From: Octopus bimaculoides
Taxonomy: Eukaryota
Direction of reading: 5' to 3'
Length of the DNA: 64,000 bases
Assembly: GCF_001194135.2 (NCBI RefSeq)
Contig: NC_068993.1
Location: forward strand, 56,889,917 to 56,953,916
The position numbers and the translations under genes are program-made. Positions 51,193 through 63,952 of this stretch are shown here, one piece after another; position 1 is the first letter of the stretch, and every line of letters begins with the position of its first letter. Below the pieces are notes generated by a model. The model saw only the letters and a program-made list of their open reading frames with translations. It made no database searches and was not told where the DNA came from.

Positions 51193-51561
51193 AGTGAAGG
51201 CGCAATGGCCCAGTGGTTAGGGCAGCGGACTCGCGGTCATAAGATCACGGTTTCGATTCTCAGACCGGGCGTTGTGAGTGTTTATTGTGCGAAAACACCT
51301 AAAGCTCCACGAGGCTCCGGCGGTAGTGGTAGTAGTGGCGAACACTGCTGTTCTCTTTCACCACAACGTTCTCTCACTCTTATTTACTGTTTATGTTGTG
51401 CCTGTAATTCAAAGGGTCAGCCTTGTCACACTGTGTCACGCTGAATATCCCCGAGAACTACGTTAAGGGTACACTTGCACGTTAATTTCAAGAGCAGGCT
51501 GTTCCGTTGATCGGATCAACTGGAACCCTCGACGTCGTAAACGACGGAGTGCCAACAACAA
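51193..51561 (+). mobile_element. SINE family C, full length, 14-bp TSD (TATACTTGCGTCTC), (CAA)n end
   Basis: TSD at 51179-51192 and 51562-51575; tRNA-Arg-like head; 3' end gacggagtgccaacaaca. Confidence 0.92.
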
Positions 51562-51648
51562 TATACTTGCGTCTCCAAAGCAAGAAACTCTTTGTAACTC
51601 ATATCTTTAATCTATGTACATTAAATTATATATATCCTCACACACACA

Positions 51649-51685
<37 letters not shown>

Positions 51686-52172
51686 TCACACATCTACAAT
51701 AAATATATATATAAATATATACAGCATACAGGTGGACAAACGGAAAAGAGAAAGCTAGAAGATATCTCTATTCATGTAAGCAGACAAACGAAGTGGAGAA
51801 GATGGCATAAATCTATTCATAAGATTTGCAACTATTGTCTTAAATTTCACTTTTCATGATGAAGTTGTGTAGAAATAATGCGAAACGTTCAATGGAAACT
51901 GAAAGTATTTGCATATCTAATTGGCAATGAAATACCATTAGGGTTAACCAGAACTAGTGAAAGCTATTCATAATTTCTCATTGAATCACAATAGAAAATT
52001 ATCTCTCCAAATCGAACTACGGAGATAATTATGCTGTAAGCCTACCAGGATAGCTGAATTGGAGATCTCCACTCACAGATACACACATCTACTTATACAC
52101 ACTAATATAATACATCTTTACATATATAATAAGCAATATATATATATATATATGCATGTATATAGCCATATT

Positions 52173-52208
<36 letters not shown>

Positions 52209-52249
52209 ACTACATGTACAAATATGTACCTAAATGTATATATATATAC

Positions 52250-52322
<73 letters not shown>

Positions 52323-52869
52323 TATGTATCTGAAAATATTTTCTATACAACTTGGACTTTTATCGGTTGCGGACTGAAGAATCCAACGATTTTGCTTGGC
52401 TCTTTCCAGCAGTGTCGAATAGAATTGTTGCTGCCTGGGAATGGCTGGGTCTTTTGGACCAAATCGCAGCACGGTATTTGTTTTTCTGTTTTTATATTTG
52501 CTTCTTCTGTCGATACAGACAGTCACGTCGCAAAAAATGGCGACTACTCTTATTCATCAATACAACCAAATCACCAGTTTGAAGGCGGTTGATATAGCGA
52601 GAAGCTAGAAATAACGGAACGCAGTAGGTAAGTGTATTCTTGTATTCAATATAACTGAAAGGCTCATAATTTCAATACGCTGAGTTACACGCTTCCGATT
52701 TTTGAACACGTAAACCGAGCCTGTTTTTCTTTGGAATAATAGAGTGAGCTCAGAGTGAATACAAAACGCGTAGGGATGGATCTCATAGTGTTTGTAAAGA
52801 TTTTCATTCCACATGTAATAGAATACATATATTAAAACCAGTATATGTTCATAAACCAAAACCATTTTG

Positions 52870-53260
52870 TGGGAATCGAAATGCAAGCCCTCAAAATCAA
52901 TGATGTGAAATTATCGAGTGACTTTCTTATGTAAACCCAAAAAGGATATGTCGGATATTATTGACATAAGGCCACGAGATGAAAATATGTGTTGTATTTG
53001 ATGTAGGAAGTCCATTCGATCCCAGAGTAAAAATAGAGGGAAATAAAAAGGAGAGTATTAGGACAAGAAGTATGAAAACATCATGTACCTTGAACAAAGA
53101 AGTTAATAAGTTCGTGATGAACCTGATAATGATTGGAGACTAGGGATTAGTGACAAAAATATCTGGGAACACACATAAAAAGCGTTGATCTTATATGAGT
53201 GTAGGAACAGTGCAGAAAATATGTCCACTAGGTACACAACAAGAAATGTCCTTAATACAA
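52870..53260 (+). mobile_element. R4/Dong-type RLE domain remnant (3' end)
   Basis: NDVKLSSDF, CVVFDVGSPFDPRVK, IMIGD*GLVTK and SVGTVQKICPLGT match the RLE endonuclease C-terminal pattern. Confidence 0.65.
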
Positions 53261-53301
53261 ATAAGAACTAATATGCCGAGTAAGGAAATGCTCTTTGATA
53301 T

Positions 53302-53657
53302 CGTGGCATTCCGTCGGTTACGACGACGAGGGTTCCAGTTGATCCGATCAACGGAACAGCCTGCTCACGAAATTAATGTGCAAGTGGCTGAGCACTCCAC
53401 ATACACGTGTACCCTTAACGTAATTCTCGGGGATATTCAGCGTGACACAGTGTGACAAAGCTGACCCTTTGAAATACAGGCACAACAGAAACTCAGGAAG
53501 TAAGAGTGAGAGAAAGTTGTGGTGAAAGAGTACAGCAGGGTTCGCCACCATCCCCTGCCGGAGCCTCGTGGAGCTTTAGGTGTTTTCGCTGAGAATCGAA
53601 ACCGCGATCTTATGACCGCGAGTCCACTGCCCTAACTACTGGGCCATTGCACCTCCA
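53302..53657 (-). mobile_element. SINE family C, near full length, 11-bp TSD (CTCTTTGATAT)
   Basis: TSD at 53291-53301 and 53658-53668; head carries an internal deletion. Confidence 0.92.
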
Positions 53658-53800
53658 CTCTTTGATATAGAAAGTACAAGATGCCCTTCCTCCGAGATCA
53701 CATTAGCAAGGATGATTAAAAGGAGCAGAACATCAATTCCCTAAAACGTAATGGCATATAAAAAGCAGCAACTACAACAACAACAACAACAACAACACCG

Positions 53801-54006
53801 ATAATAATCCATTCTACAATAGATACAGGGGCTGAAATATGGGGGCAGGGAGCGAGTCAATTATACTGATCCCAGTACCTGACTGAGACTTATTTTATCG
53901 ACCTCCGAAGTAAGAAAATCAAAGTCGACCTCGGCGGAAGAATTTGAACTCGGAACGTAGCGGCAGACGAAATACCGCTAAGCATTTCGCCCGGCATGCT
54001 AACGAT
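53801..54006 (-). mobile_element. SINE family A (tail type 2) with adjacent (AAC)n/(AAT) tail
   Basis: Reverse complement of the B box gagttcaaattc, core and tail; lacks about 20 nt at the 5' end. Confidence 0.8.
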
Positions 54007-54374
54007 ATCAGTGCATATATACACACACTCTCTCTCACACAGACATATATACACACAGACATATATACACACACATACACACACACACACATTCACATAT
54101 TCATACACACAGAAATACACACACACACGAATATATATATATATATACAGAGAGAGAGAGATAGAGAGAGAGATACAGATATGTAGATATATATATATTT
54201 ACACAAATATTCATACACACATTTTTGCACATACAACGTATTATATCTGGCTTTGATGAATTTTCACGTCATGACACCCCCAAGAAAACACGTTCTTTTA
54301 ACGGAATCATCACGATCTCGACTCTAAAGTTAAACGTATTCATGCATAACATTATACATGCTTATATACATACA

Positions 54375-54408
<34 letters not shown>

Positions 54409-55510
54409 TANNNNNNNNNNNNNNNNNNNNNNNNNNNNNNNNNNNNNNNNNNNNNNNNNNNNNNNNNNNNNNNNNNNNNNNNNNNNNNNNNNNNNNNNNN
54501 NNNNNNNNNNNNNNNNNNNNNNNNNNNNNNNNNNNNNNNNNNNNNNNNNNNNNNNNNNNNNNNNNNNNNNNNNNNNNNNNNNNNNNNNNNNNNNNNNNNN
54601 NNNNNNNNNNNNNNNNNNNNNNNNNNNNNNNNNNNNNNNNNNNNNNNNNNNNNNNNNNNNNNNNNNNNNNNNNNNNNNNNNNNNNNNNNNNNNNNNNNNN
54701 NNNNNNNNNNNNNNNNNNNNNNNNNNNNNNNNNNNNNNNNNNNNNNNNNNNNTATATGTATATATATAGGTACGTGTGTGGGGCTTTTTGTGTGTGCTGG
54801 ATAAACATAATTTGGATGTGGCTATGTGTCTCTCTATATAAGAATTTTTTTTTATAAATATAAATTTCTTATTACTTTTATGAAAACAAATGTTGTAAGT
54901 GATGAAAGAAACTTTATACCATCATTATCATTCGGGATCGAACCACACTTCCTTGCACTGTAATCAACATTTTAATCACATATCATTGAGAAAGGATGCG
55001 AGACAGTTCTAAGTAGAACCTGCGATAGAAAATCGAAACAGGGTCACTATGTTGGCTGTCTAATTATCTTGTAGAAACACAGGAAAGACACTGACAACAT
55101 ATGACTAATGAAATCGCAGGAAAAAAATATTTCCTTTCTGTTACCTGAGATGAAAGAATTGTTAGGCGCTATAATCTCCAATAACACACATTTACAGTCA
55201 CGTGCAAAAGTGTATAGTTATTATGCTTGTTTGCTTCTAGGTCAAGTCATACATAAAAAAAAAAAAGAATGTGATGACATTAAATTAAAGCATTACTCAG
55301 TATTGCTCTGTGTTGTATATATGATCACTTACTTTCTCAACGTAAGTTGTGACAATGGCACCGAAGTTTCGGTTTACTTGCCCTCATTACACACTTTCGT
55401 AGTCAACGTCAATTGTTTCCTTATACACATAACACACGCACACAAACACATACACACACACGTACACACGCACACACGTACACACGCATGCACACACAGA
55501 AGCTTACGTA

Positions 55511-55608
<98 letters not shown>

Positions 55609-55762
55609 NNNNNNNNNNNNNNNNNNNNNNNNNNNNNNNNNNNNNNNNNNNNNNNNNNNNNNNNNNNNNNNNNNNNNNNNNNNNNNNNNNNNNNNNNNNN
55701 NNNNNNNNNNNNNNNNNNNNNNNNNNNTATGTATATATACTTACTTGGAAATGAATGCTGCT

Positions 55763-55980
55763 GATGTTGGTGTGTTTATGTCCCGTAACCAACCGGTTGG
55801 ACAAAAGTGTTCGATAGAATAAGTACTGGGCTTACAAAGAATAAGTACTGGGCTTACAAAGAATAAGTGCTAGGGTCGATTCTTTCGACTATATTCTTTT
55901 GTTCTTTTATTCTTTTACTTCTTGCAGTCATTTGAGTGTAGCCATGCTGGAGCAGCGCCTTTTAGTCGGAGTAATCGATG
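55763..55980. mobile_element. Two SINE B 3' fragments tail-to-tail, with a 22-bp internal tandem duplication
   Basis: Plus part to ggtcgattctttcgacta, then minus part tttacttc...ccatgctggagcagcgccttttagtcg; agaataagtactgggcttacaa x2 at 55816-55859. Confidence 0.75.
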
Positions 55981-56071
55981 TCTGAGAATGTTAATAAGGA
56001 AATACAAATACATACGTAAAAATAAACATGCATTTACTCTTGCTGTGTAAATAAAAATATTGGTTAAAGCA

Positions 56072-56290
56072 TTCTTCTTCTTCTTCTTCTTCTTCTTCTT
56101 CTTCTTCTTCTTCTTCTTCTTCTTCTTCTTCTTCTTCTTCTTCTTCTTCTTCTTCTTCTTCTTCTTCTTCTTCTTCTCCTTCTTCTTCTTCGTCTTCGTC
56201 CTCCTCCTCGTCCTCTTTCTCTCGTCATCTTTCTCTCGTCCTCTTTCTCTCGTCCTCTTTCTCTCCTCCTTCTCCTTCTTCTTAATAGGT
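56072..56290. repeat. (TTC)n microsatellite with degenerate extension
   Basis: Direct inspection. Confidence 0.95.
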
Positions 56291-57097
56291 ATAAATAGTT
56301 TAGTTCCACCGCTTAATGTCAACTTATCAGGTATGTTTAAATCAATTTATCTACGCAAATTAGGAAGAAATGATACGATTATCCACCATTTCTCTGCCTA
56401 TCAACGCACGTTCTGTTTCAGTAATTGGTTTATTAATCGGCGATGTCAACAGAATCATTCATATGCAAATGAGGAAATGGAGAACCCGTTATTCAGTCGG
56501 ATAAGTGAAAAACAAAAACAAAAGCCGAAGAATAGCGTTAAAATGTTTAAGTTATTAAATTTGTTTCATCTAAGTTTTCTGTTCTTGTGTAAATAATCTC
56601 AGTCATTTAACATTTCAAGAGATGGGTTTAGACGATGCTACCAAATGCTGTACTGGAAGACTGGTGTTTTAATTTATCGAAGAGTGAAGAGCAAATTTGT
56701 ACTCGTGCGACGATTTGAAAGCATAATATAAACACATGAAACAAATACCGCAGAACATTTGTTCAAATTCTCAGAACCTAGCTATTCTACAGTTAATACA
56801 ACCTAAACAAAAGAAGCCGCAAACACAAAACACAAACGATACAGCAATTATCCATTGTAATAAACTTCCGCTAGCAAGTTGGGTAACCAGCGCATTGCAC
56901 ATTCAACACACAATACAAGCAGGAATGCAATAAATGACTGCACTACGTCCCAACAGGGAGAAACTAAAACAATACAACACTGGGAAGAGTTTGTGCACTC
57001 CCAGCAACAGAAAAGAACATACAATGCTTCACACAACCCAGCAACACGGAGGTGTAGAAGGTGATGTAGTAGAAATTTGACTCAAACAACCAACTGT

Positions 57098-57098
<1 letters not shown>

Positions 57099-57176
<78 letters not shown>

Positions 57177-57406
57177 CAACAACAACAATAATAATCATTT
57201 CTACTGTAGGCATGAAGCCTGAGATTTGAAGGCAGGGGGAAAGTCGATTACATCGATCTCAGTACATAACAGGTACTTATTTTATCGACCCCGAAAAGAT
57301 GAAAGGCAAAGTCGACTTCAGCGGAATTTGAACTCAGAACGTGAAAACAGGCGAAATGCTACTAATCATTCGTCCGGCATGCTAACTGTTCTGCCAGATC
57401 GCCGCC
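57099..57406 (-). mobile_element. SINE family A (57196-57406) with a long (ATT)n tail (57099-57195)
   Basis: On the SINE strand the tail reads ...cctacagtagaaatg attattattg... continuous with the array. Confidence 0.85.
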
Positions 57407-57494
57407 CCAACAACAAGAACAAGAAGAACAAGAACAAGAACAACAGCAACAACAACAACAACAGCAATGATGAAGATGTTGATAATGGTGATAT

Positions 57495-57562
57495 GGCGGC
57501 GAGCTGGCAGAATCGTTAGCACGCCGGGCGAAATGCTTAGCGGTATTTCGTCTGCCTTTACG
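57495..57562 (+). mobile_element. SINE family A head only
   Basis: ggcggcgagctggcagaatcgttagcacgccgggcgaaatgcttagcggtatttcgtctg, then (TG)n. Confidence 0.85.
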
Positions 57563-57642
57563 TGTGTGCGTGCGTGTGTGCATGCGTATAATTCGAAATG
57601 TTAATAAGATAGATTCAATATGCGTTATTGCACACATCGCTA

Positions 57643-57802
57643 CAGCTGTTTCAACAAATCACTACCAGTTACATATTGCTGAATGTTAAATATAAATAAA
57701 CCGCTTAGCTAATCGCTACTGCTCCATATCCCCAGCTGAAGAATTTCATCGTGTAAGTACGGACTATAAAATCTGTGGAACAGATTCATTTTGAAACAGC
57801 TG
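57643..57802. mobile_element. Tc1/mariner-type MITE (160 bp), TA TSD
   Basis: TA|CAGCTGTTTCAA ... TTGAAACAGCTG|TA, perfect 12-bp TIR. Confidence 0.75.
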
Positions 57803-57935
57803 TAACAGAATATCACTACATCATTACTTCTTTGCGTTTGTAGATTTCAACATTCATTTTTAAAATATGCATAAATGTCATAACTTAACCGTATAGCAGT
57901 TCTTTGCCTGTATATACTCTTCTACAATTACACTA

Positions 57936-57936
<1 letters not shown>

Positions 57937-58022
<86 letters not shown>
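57937..58022. repeat. (TA)n microsatellite
   Basis: Direct inspection. Confidence 0.97.
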
Positions 58023-58027
<5 letters not shown>

Positions 58028-59714
58028 TCATACATACATACAGACATACATATATATATAAATATATATATATATATTCATTTATTCAGTCTCTTCTCTT
58101 ATAGATGTGTATATGTACGTATCTATATATGTACTTATTCATATATATAAGCATATATATGTATATACACAGACATATACGCGCACATACACGTATATAT
58201 ATATATTTTCATCTATACCTCTCGATATATACTTATATTTGAACATAATAAAAGTTAACGTATATTCTACAAATAAGAGTGGAACACAACTTCATACATA
58301 TTTTAGAAAAATACACATTGCGTTCGAAATCATTGATTTTCAGAACGATAATATAATAATATATAACTTGACGTAAACTTAACGGCATCTGAAAAATATA
58401 TTATATTTTCTCTTTGAAATTAAATATATTCTATTTAATTGAGCACTCTGGCAAACTATCAAACCACTCTTTTAGAAAATTTTCTTCTATAGTTTTAGAT
58501 TTGATTTGTATTTAGCTTGTGTAAAATTTGAGATTTGGTTTTGATGTGTTTGTATGTGTAATAGAGTGATGACTCTTAAAATTCGTTCTGCGGTGCTTGG
58601 CCTGTCTTTTCTCTCCGTCCTAACGTCAAGTTTTTGAAAAAAAATTTCACAACCATCATTGTCGTAGTATTAATGACGTTTAAAAAAGCTTGATACCTTT
58701 TTTCATAAGTATCTAAGAGATAATTAGATAAAAGATGACAGTACGTTTATTTGTTCATTTCATATAGATTCTTAATCTTATCAGATTTAACAAAAATAAT
58801 GTGGCTATATTTTAACAGTTAAACATTCTTTCGTACTTTGTTTTGAAAAGAATCAATGTATTTATTGAATTTAATATTACTTGATAGTAAAAAAAATATC
58901 CTATTTGAGAAGTTGCAGTAAAATAGTTGGGGGAGGGCGTTTCATATTTTGAACCCATGGTTTCTTTTTTTTTTCTGTTGTGCTTTTAGTCATTTTTGTT
59001 TTATTGTTTTTTTATTCTGAAAAATAAATTTTCCATTTATTTCTTCTTTGAAATATTTTGATTTCTGTTGTAAAATGCCATTTTCCGTATATTTCGCTAC
59101 AAATATTGGTAGAGGATAGTCTTCGTATGATCGAGAACATTAAATTCCGGAGATACATTAATTCTATCCGAAACCCACTACAAAACAAAATTCAACTCTT
59201 AAAAAATATTATTAACATTTTGTTGAATCTGATAAGGCTGCGAATCTATACGGTGATAAAAAATAAACATGCCACCATCTTTTATCTAATTCTATCACAA
59301 ATACCTATAAAAACTTAACATGCTGCTTTAAATGATATTACTACTACCACTAAATATGTTCGCTGGGAAATTAAATATAGAGAATAGAATAAATACCATG
59401 GGTGCACAAAGTCCGTACTATACACTTAAAATCTACGATCTGAAACCTAACGATAGCTTGCTTATTAAACTCTAAAACAATCATAAACATATCTAGGCAC
59501 ATCAGTAAAAAAATTTAAATACTTCACAACCAAAAACTAAGTCGAATCCATCCTTTCAAAACAATACTAATGTTCTCTTATAACACTTCCTTTCCCGTTA
59601 CTCCAATCCACTAAACTGGCAAAAAATGAGTATTCCTCCGACAGACAGGTCTTCCGTTGAAAGAGTGAATATAGACGCCACAGATTCGGGAAACCGGCCT
59701 TATGAACCTAGGGC

Positions 59715-59727
59715 CCGGAAATGACGT
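59715..59727 (+). promoter_or_regulatory. ETS-CRE composite-like motif CCGGAAATGACGT in a small CpG-rich patch
   Basis: One mismatch from CCGGAAGTGACGT; about 7 CpGs in 59636-59730 within very AT-rich unique DNA. Confidence 0.3.
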
Positions 59728-60571
59728 GTGATCCTTACTTTTTTTAAAATGCTCTCTTAATATGATTTCAGTAACATCCAATTTAAGTGCAATATTATTT
59801 TTTTAGTATGATATTAAGTATTAAGTATTATAAACTATGTTGCAATCCATTCTAATAATCCCTCTACGCATTGCGAATATGTTACATCTATTCTACTATA
59901 ATTCAAATTGGTTTAGCGTCTTTGAACTTGAGGGGAAACACAATAGCTTTGAGGAAAGTTAATGTTATTCTAAAACTATGAAGATTGTTAGAGCTGTATA
60001 AATACTTCTTATTTCTTTCAGAGAGTCTTTATACAAGAAGAATATCCACGTATTATTAAAAAAAGAATACAGAACAAAAATCTAGTCATGGTGATTATGA
60101 AACTAAAATTTATTGAAGTCACACTGAATTCACAAAATTCTTTATACTGACACTTTTTGGAACGTACTTCAAAATCTGCATATATATGCAATTTATTCTA
60201 ATCAACCCAAGATGACACGATTAACAATGTATCCTTATGTCTATCCGCTAATTTGTTGAATGAATACGTTATATTTATATAGCATGTTCTTAACATGAAA
60301 CCCTGAGAGAATTCGGATAACATGACAGTATGAAGTATATCCACAATATGATATTAACCCCAAATAAAATGACTTAAGTCGTATATATATGATATAATAT
60401 ATCGTGGCACAGCAGATCTTTAAATTAGAGCTACAATTTATCCGACCGGCTTTAATACAATTTACATCAATCCTACTCCGGTTTGCTCGTAGTTATGTCA
60501 AAAGACAATACCTCTTGTTGCCACACAATATCATTAAATTTCATTCTTATAAAGCTAAATTCTCAAATATC

Positions 60572-60630
60572 TATCCCCAAAATAGTGTACTGTATCCCCA
60601 AAATAGTGTACTGTATCCCCAAAATAGTGT
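60572..60630. repeat. 21-bp minisatellite x2.8 (TATCCCCAAAATAGTGTACTG)
   Basis: Perfect tandem copies. Confidence 0.95.
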
Positions 60631-62013
60631 CAGTATCAATTGTACAAATATTTCCTGTACAACATATACATAGAGGTAACGGAAAAGGCCTTTAAAGTTT
60701 CTATAACAGACATTTCCATCTTTTCGCACTCGTAATTGAAAAATAGATATATGCGATTGTTGAACTTCATCTAGTCCTTAAAACATTGTAACGCATGTTA
60801 TATAAGTTGAAAAAAAGGTTTTCTTTCGTTTAAACAGTAATGTAGTCACCAAAAACCTCATCACGTTGTACAGATAAACCTAACGGATAAACCTTTCTCT
60901 TACATACATTTGATCAACAATCGTTTCGAATTTATTTATTTCTGTTTGTACAGACAAGGTGTTCAGAAGCATTAAATATTTTCAACCGATTTTATTTCCA
61001 AGTAAACAATTCACAAATCAAGTAACAAGTTGACAGTAAATATCGCCCATATGCTCTTTACTCTTTATCAAAGGTCACACAAATATATAACATATACCAA
61101 TCTCTCTTAACTCTCAACGCTGAAATAAAAGCTTTCCAAATATTAATTTCAGTTTACAAATCACCAATACATTGCGATTATAGTACATCACATTTTCTAT
61201 CAACTAGTTTGGAATATATCATCATTTTACATATTTAGAATGTCCTTTTCCAGAAATAAATAAATTCGAAACAATTGTTGATCAAATGTATGTAAGAGAA
61301 AGGTTATCATATTTGTAAATCTTTAAAAATTTTAGCACAACTAAGTATATGAGCATGATCAACANNNNNNNNNNNNNNNNNNNNNNNNNNNNNNNNNNNN
61401 NNNNNNNNNNNNNNNNNNNNNNNNNNNNNNNNNNNNNNNNNNNNNNNNNNNNNNNNNNNNNNNNNNNNNNNNNNNNNNNNNNNNNNNNNNNNNNNNNNNN
61501 NNNNNNNNNNNNNNNNNNNNNNNNNNATATAATATAATATAAATAATGTAATATAAATATATGGTGTGTGTGTGTGTGTGTGTAGTTAATTCAAATAAAG
61601 GAATAATGAAATTAACAACAACAGACAACAAGTGGTCATGCACACGGAATGTATTACTTTGATGCTCAGTGAAAGGAGAGAGTGTTTGGACGTTTCGAGC
61701 ATAGCGGTTTTCAAGCAAAATTGTGAGGTTAATTCGTGTTCATGTTTGGTTAATATCACAAAACAAGTGAAGAAAAATACCTAAATGATAAATATGGCAA
61801 CCGAAACCAGCTGAAGATGACAATGGTTGACAAGGGGCAGCAGACGGAACCATTCGCTGTTCTACTCAGCCGAAGTGTGAAACTCTTTTGACGCTGAGAT
61901 ACTTGCTGAAAATTCGAAAAGGTTTGCAATACTTTTAGTTCTCATCAGGAGAAGAGCATGTAACATTTGTAAGGAACACCTTCAGTTTCTGCGGCCTACA
62001 AAGCATTTCTGAT

Positions 62014-62069
62014 GTTTATTTCACTCTTATGAGGGAGACGTTTATTTCACTCTTATGAGGGAGACGTTT
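62014..62069. repeat. 26-bp tandem duplication (GTTTATTTCACTCTTATGAGGGAGAC) x2
   Basis: Perfect tandem copies. Confidence 0.95.
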
Positions 62070-63039
62070 TGCATTTGAAACAAGGAACACGGAATAGTTC
62101 AAATAATTTTACACTCAATACCTTATTATATTGTAATGAAATTAATATTCTTACAGCTATAAAATTCAGGCAGCTTAACAATTATATGTCTTTTATTCGA
62201 ATCAAGATTACAACCTTATCGTTTAATATATATTTTCTCGAGAATTGTTATTCTTTTGCTTTCCATATCAGTCTTTTAAATATACGAACGAGATTTGATT
62301 AGCTTAAAGACATTTTGATGACCATTAAACTCATTTCGCCAAATACAAGGTATTTTTCCTCATCTAAACATTCTAACCAAGTTGTTTCTTTATAATCATC
62401 AGTGTTATAAAATGTTATTACAGGAATTAACACATAACTTTCATGTGATACTATTTACAATATGTTTTCATGTTATAAAAATTATACAAATTATAGGATA
62501 ATAATTTCCCTTCATACTGCTATTAGCAACCATTTCCAACTTCTTGTGAGTAATTCACACATTCTTATGCTATATATTAAATATTTTCTCCTCGATAAAT
62601 AAGGTTTTTAACCGCGAAAAATCAATATTCATCTTAGATACACACACGCAATTATAAGGTTACTTTTTATTCACCATAACCTAACAGGGATTTCAATTTT
62701 GAAGTAGATTCTAACATTATAATAACTTAAACAAGAAAAACACCCATCCTTTAATGCTAATACTCGCACGCTAACAAACGTATCGGATATTTACATATTA
62801 CTACAGCAACCAGCCAACCCCATTTACCCTGCACCTCTGTTAAGTACCACAAATAGTACTCATCTAGACACATCTAACAGATGTCTTCATTATTAATTAT
62901 TTAGATGCTCTGCTTTTAACTAATCATTATATATGCAATATATTTCTTCAAACACTGTTTGAGAAGATTGTTCCAGACGGACCTTTAAGATCACAGAAAG
63001 GATTTTACACACACACACACACACACAGAGATGTATATA

Positions 63040-63089
<50 letters not shown>

Positions 63090-63474
63090 NNNNNNNNNNN
63101 NNNNNNNNNNNNNNNNNNNNNNNNNNNNNNNNNNNNNNNNNNNNNNNNNNNNNNNNNNNNNNNNNNNNNNNNNNNNNNNNNNNNNNNNNNNNNNNNNNNN
63201 NNNNNNNNNNNNNNNNNNNNNNNNNNNNNNNNNNNNNNNNNNNNNNNNNNNNNNNNNNNNNNNNNNNNNNNNNNNNNNNNNNNNNNNNNNNNNNNNNNNN
63301 NNNNNNNNNNNNNNNNNNNNNNNNNNNNNNNNNNNNNNNNNNNNNNTATATATGTGTGTGTGTGTGTGTGTGTACGTGTATGTATATATATCCATATATA
63401 CATACACATTTACGCACATATACACGTACACTTACTCGTATAAAACAAAATCGGACTATGAAGTTTAATTGATT

Positions 63475-63481
<7 letters not shown>

Positions 63482-63531
<50 letters not shown>
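63482..63531. repeat. (CA)n microsatellite
   Basis: Direct inspection. Confidence 0.97.
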
Positions 63532-63534
<3 letters not shown>

Positions 63535-63919
63535 AAACATTCACACTCACACATTCACACTTGCACACACACACTCACACGCGCGCGCACATCTTAAATT
63601 ACTGGTTTTTCGACAGCATTTACTTTTCCATAACGTTCTCTAGAATGTCTTTATAGCTGTATTTTGACAACACTCTGTGTTAGGAGGATTGTAAACAAAT
63701 CGTCTGCAGACTATGAGTGTACGAACATAAAACGAACAGTTATGAATATATTTCGAGTCTTCTGAAAATCTTTGTCAGCAGCTGTGCACCTCCTCTGAAT
63801 AACCACACAATATAATCGTCTAAGATTAGAGAGTATACGACCAATGCGTCCAGACAAATTATTTACAATGTTTGTAATACTGTTAATGGTGAAGTAATCA
63901 TGAATATATTTTGTAGTGC

Positions 63920-63952
<33 letters not shown>

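Larger units (their letters stand above)
610..63345. other. 19 assembly gaps (N runs) scattered across the window, mostly at (TA)n microsatellites
   Basis: N runs begin near 610, 14126, 15873, 16792, 18406, 20413, 25624, 28926, 29955, 32812, 36837, 39580, 42311, 46948, 50986, 54411, 55609, 61365 and 63090; most are bordered by tatata. Confidence 0.98.

Noticed and set aside
62375-62403. Minus-strand CTGATGA-TTATAAA-GAAAC
   Set aside because: Only a 2-bp stem II and no stem I; consistent with chance.
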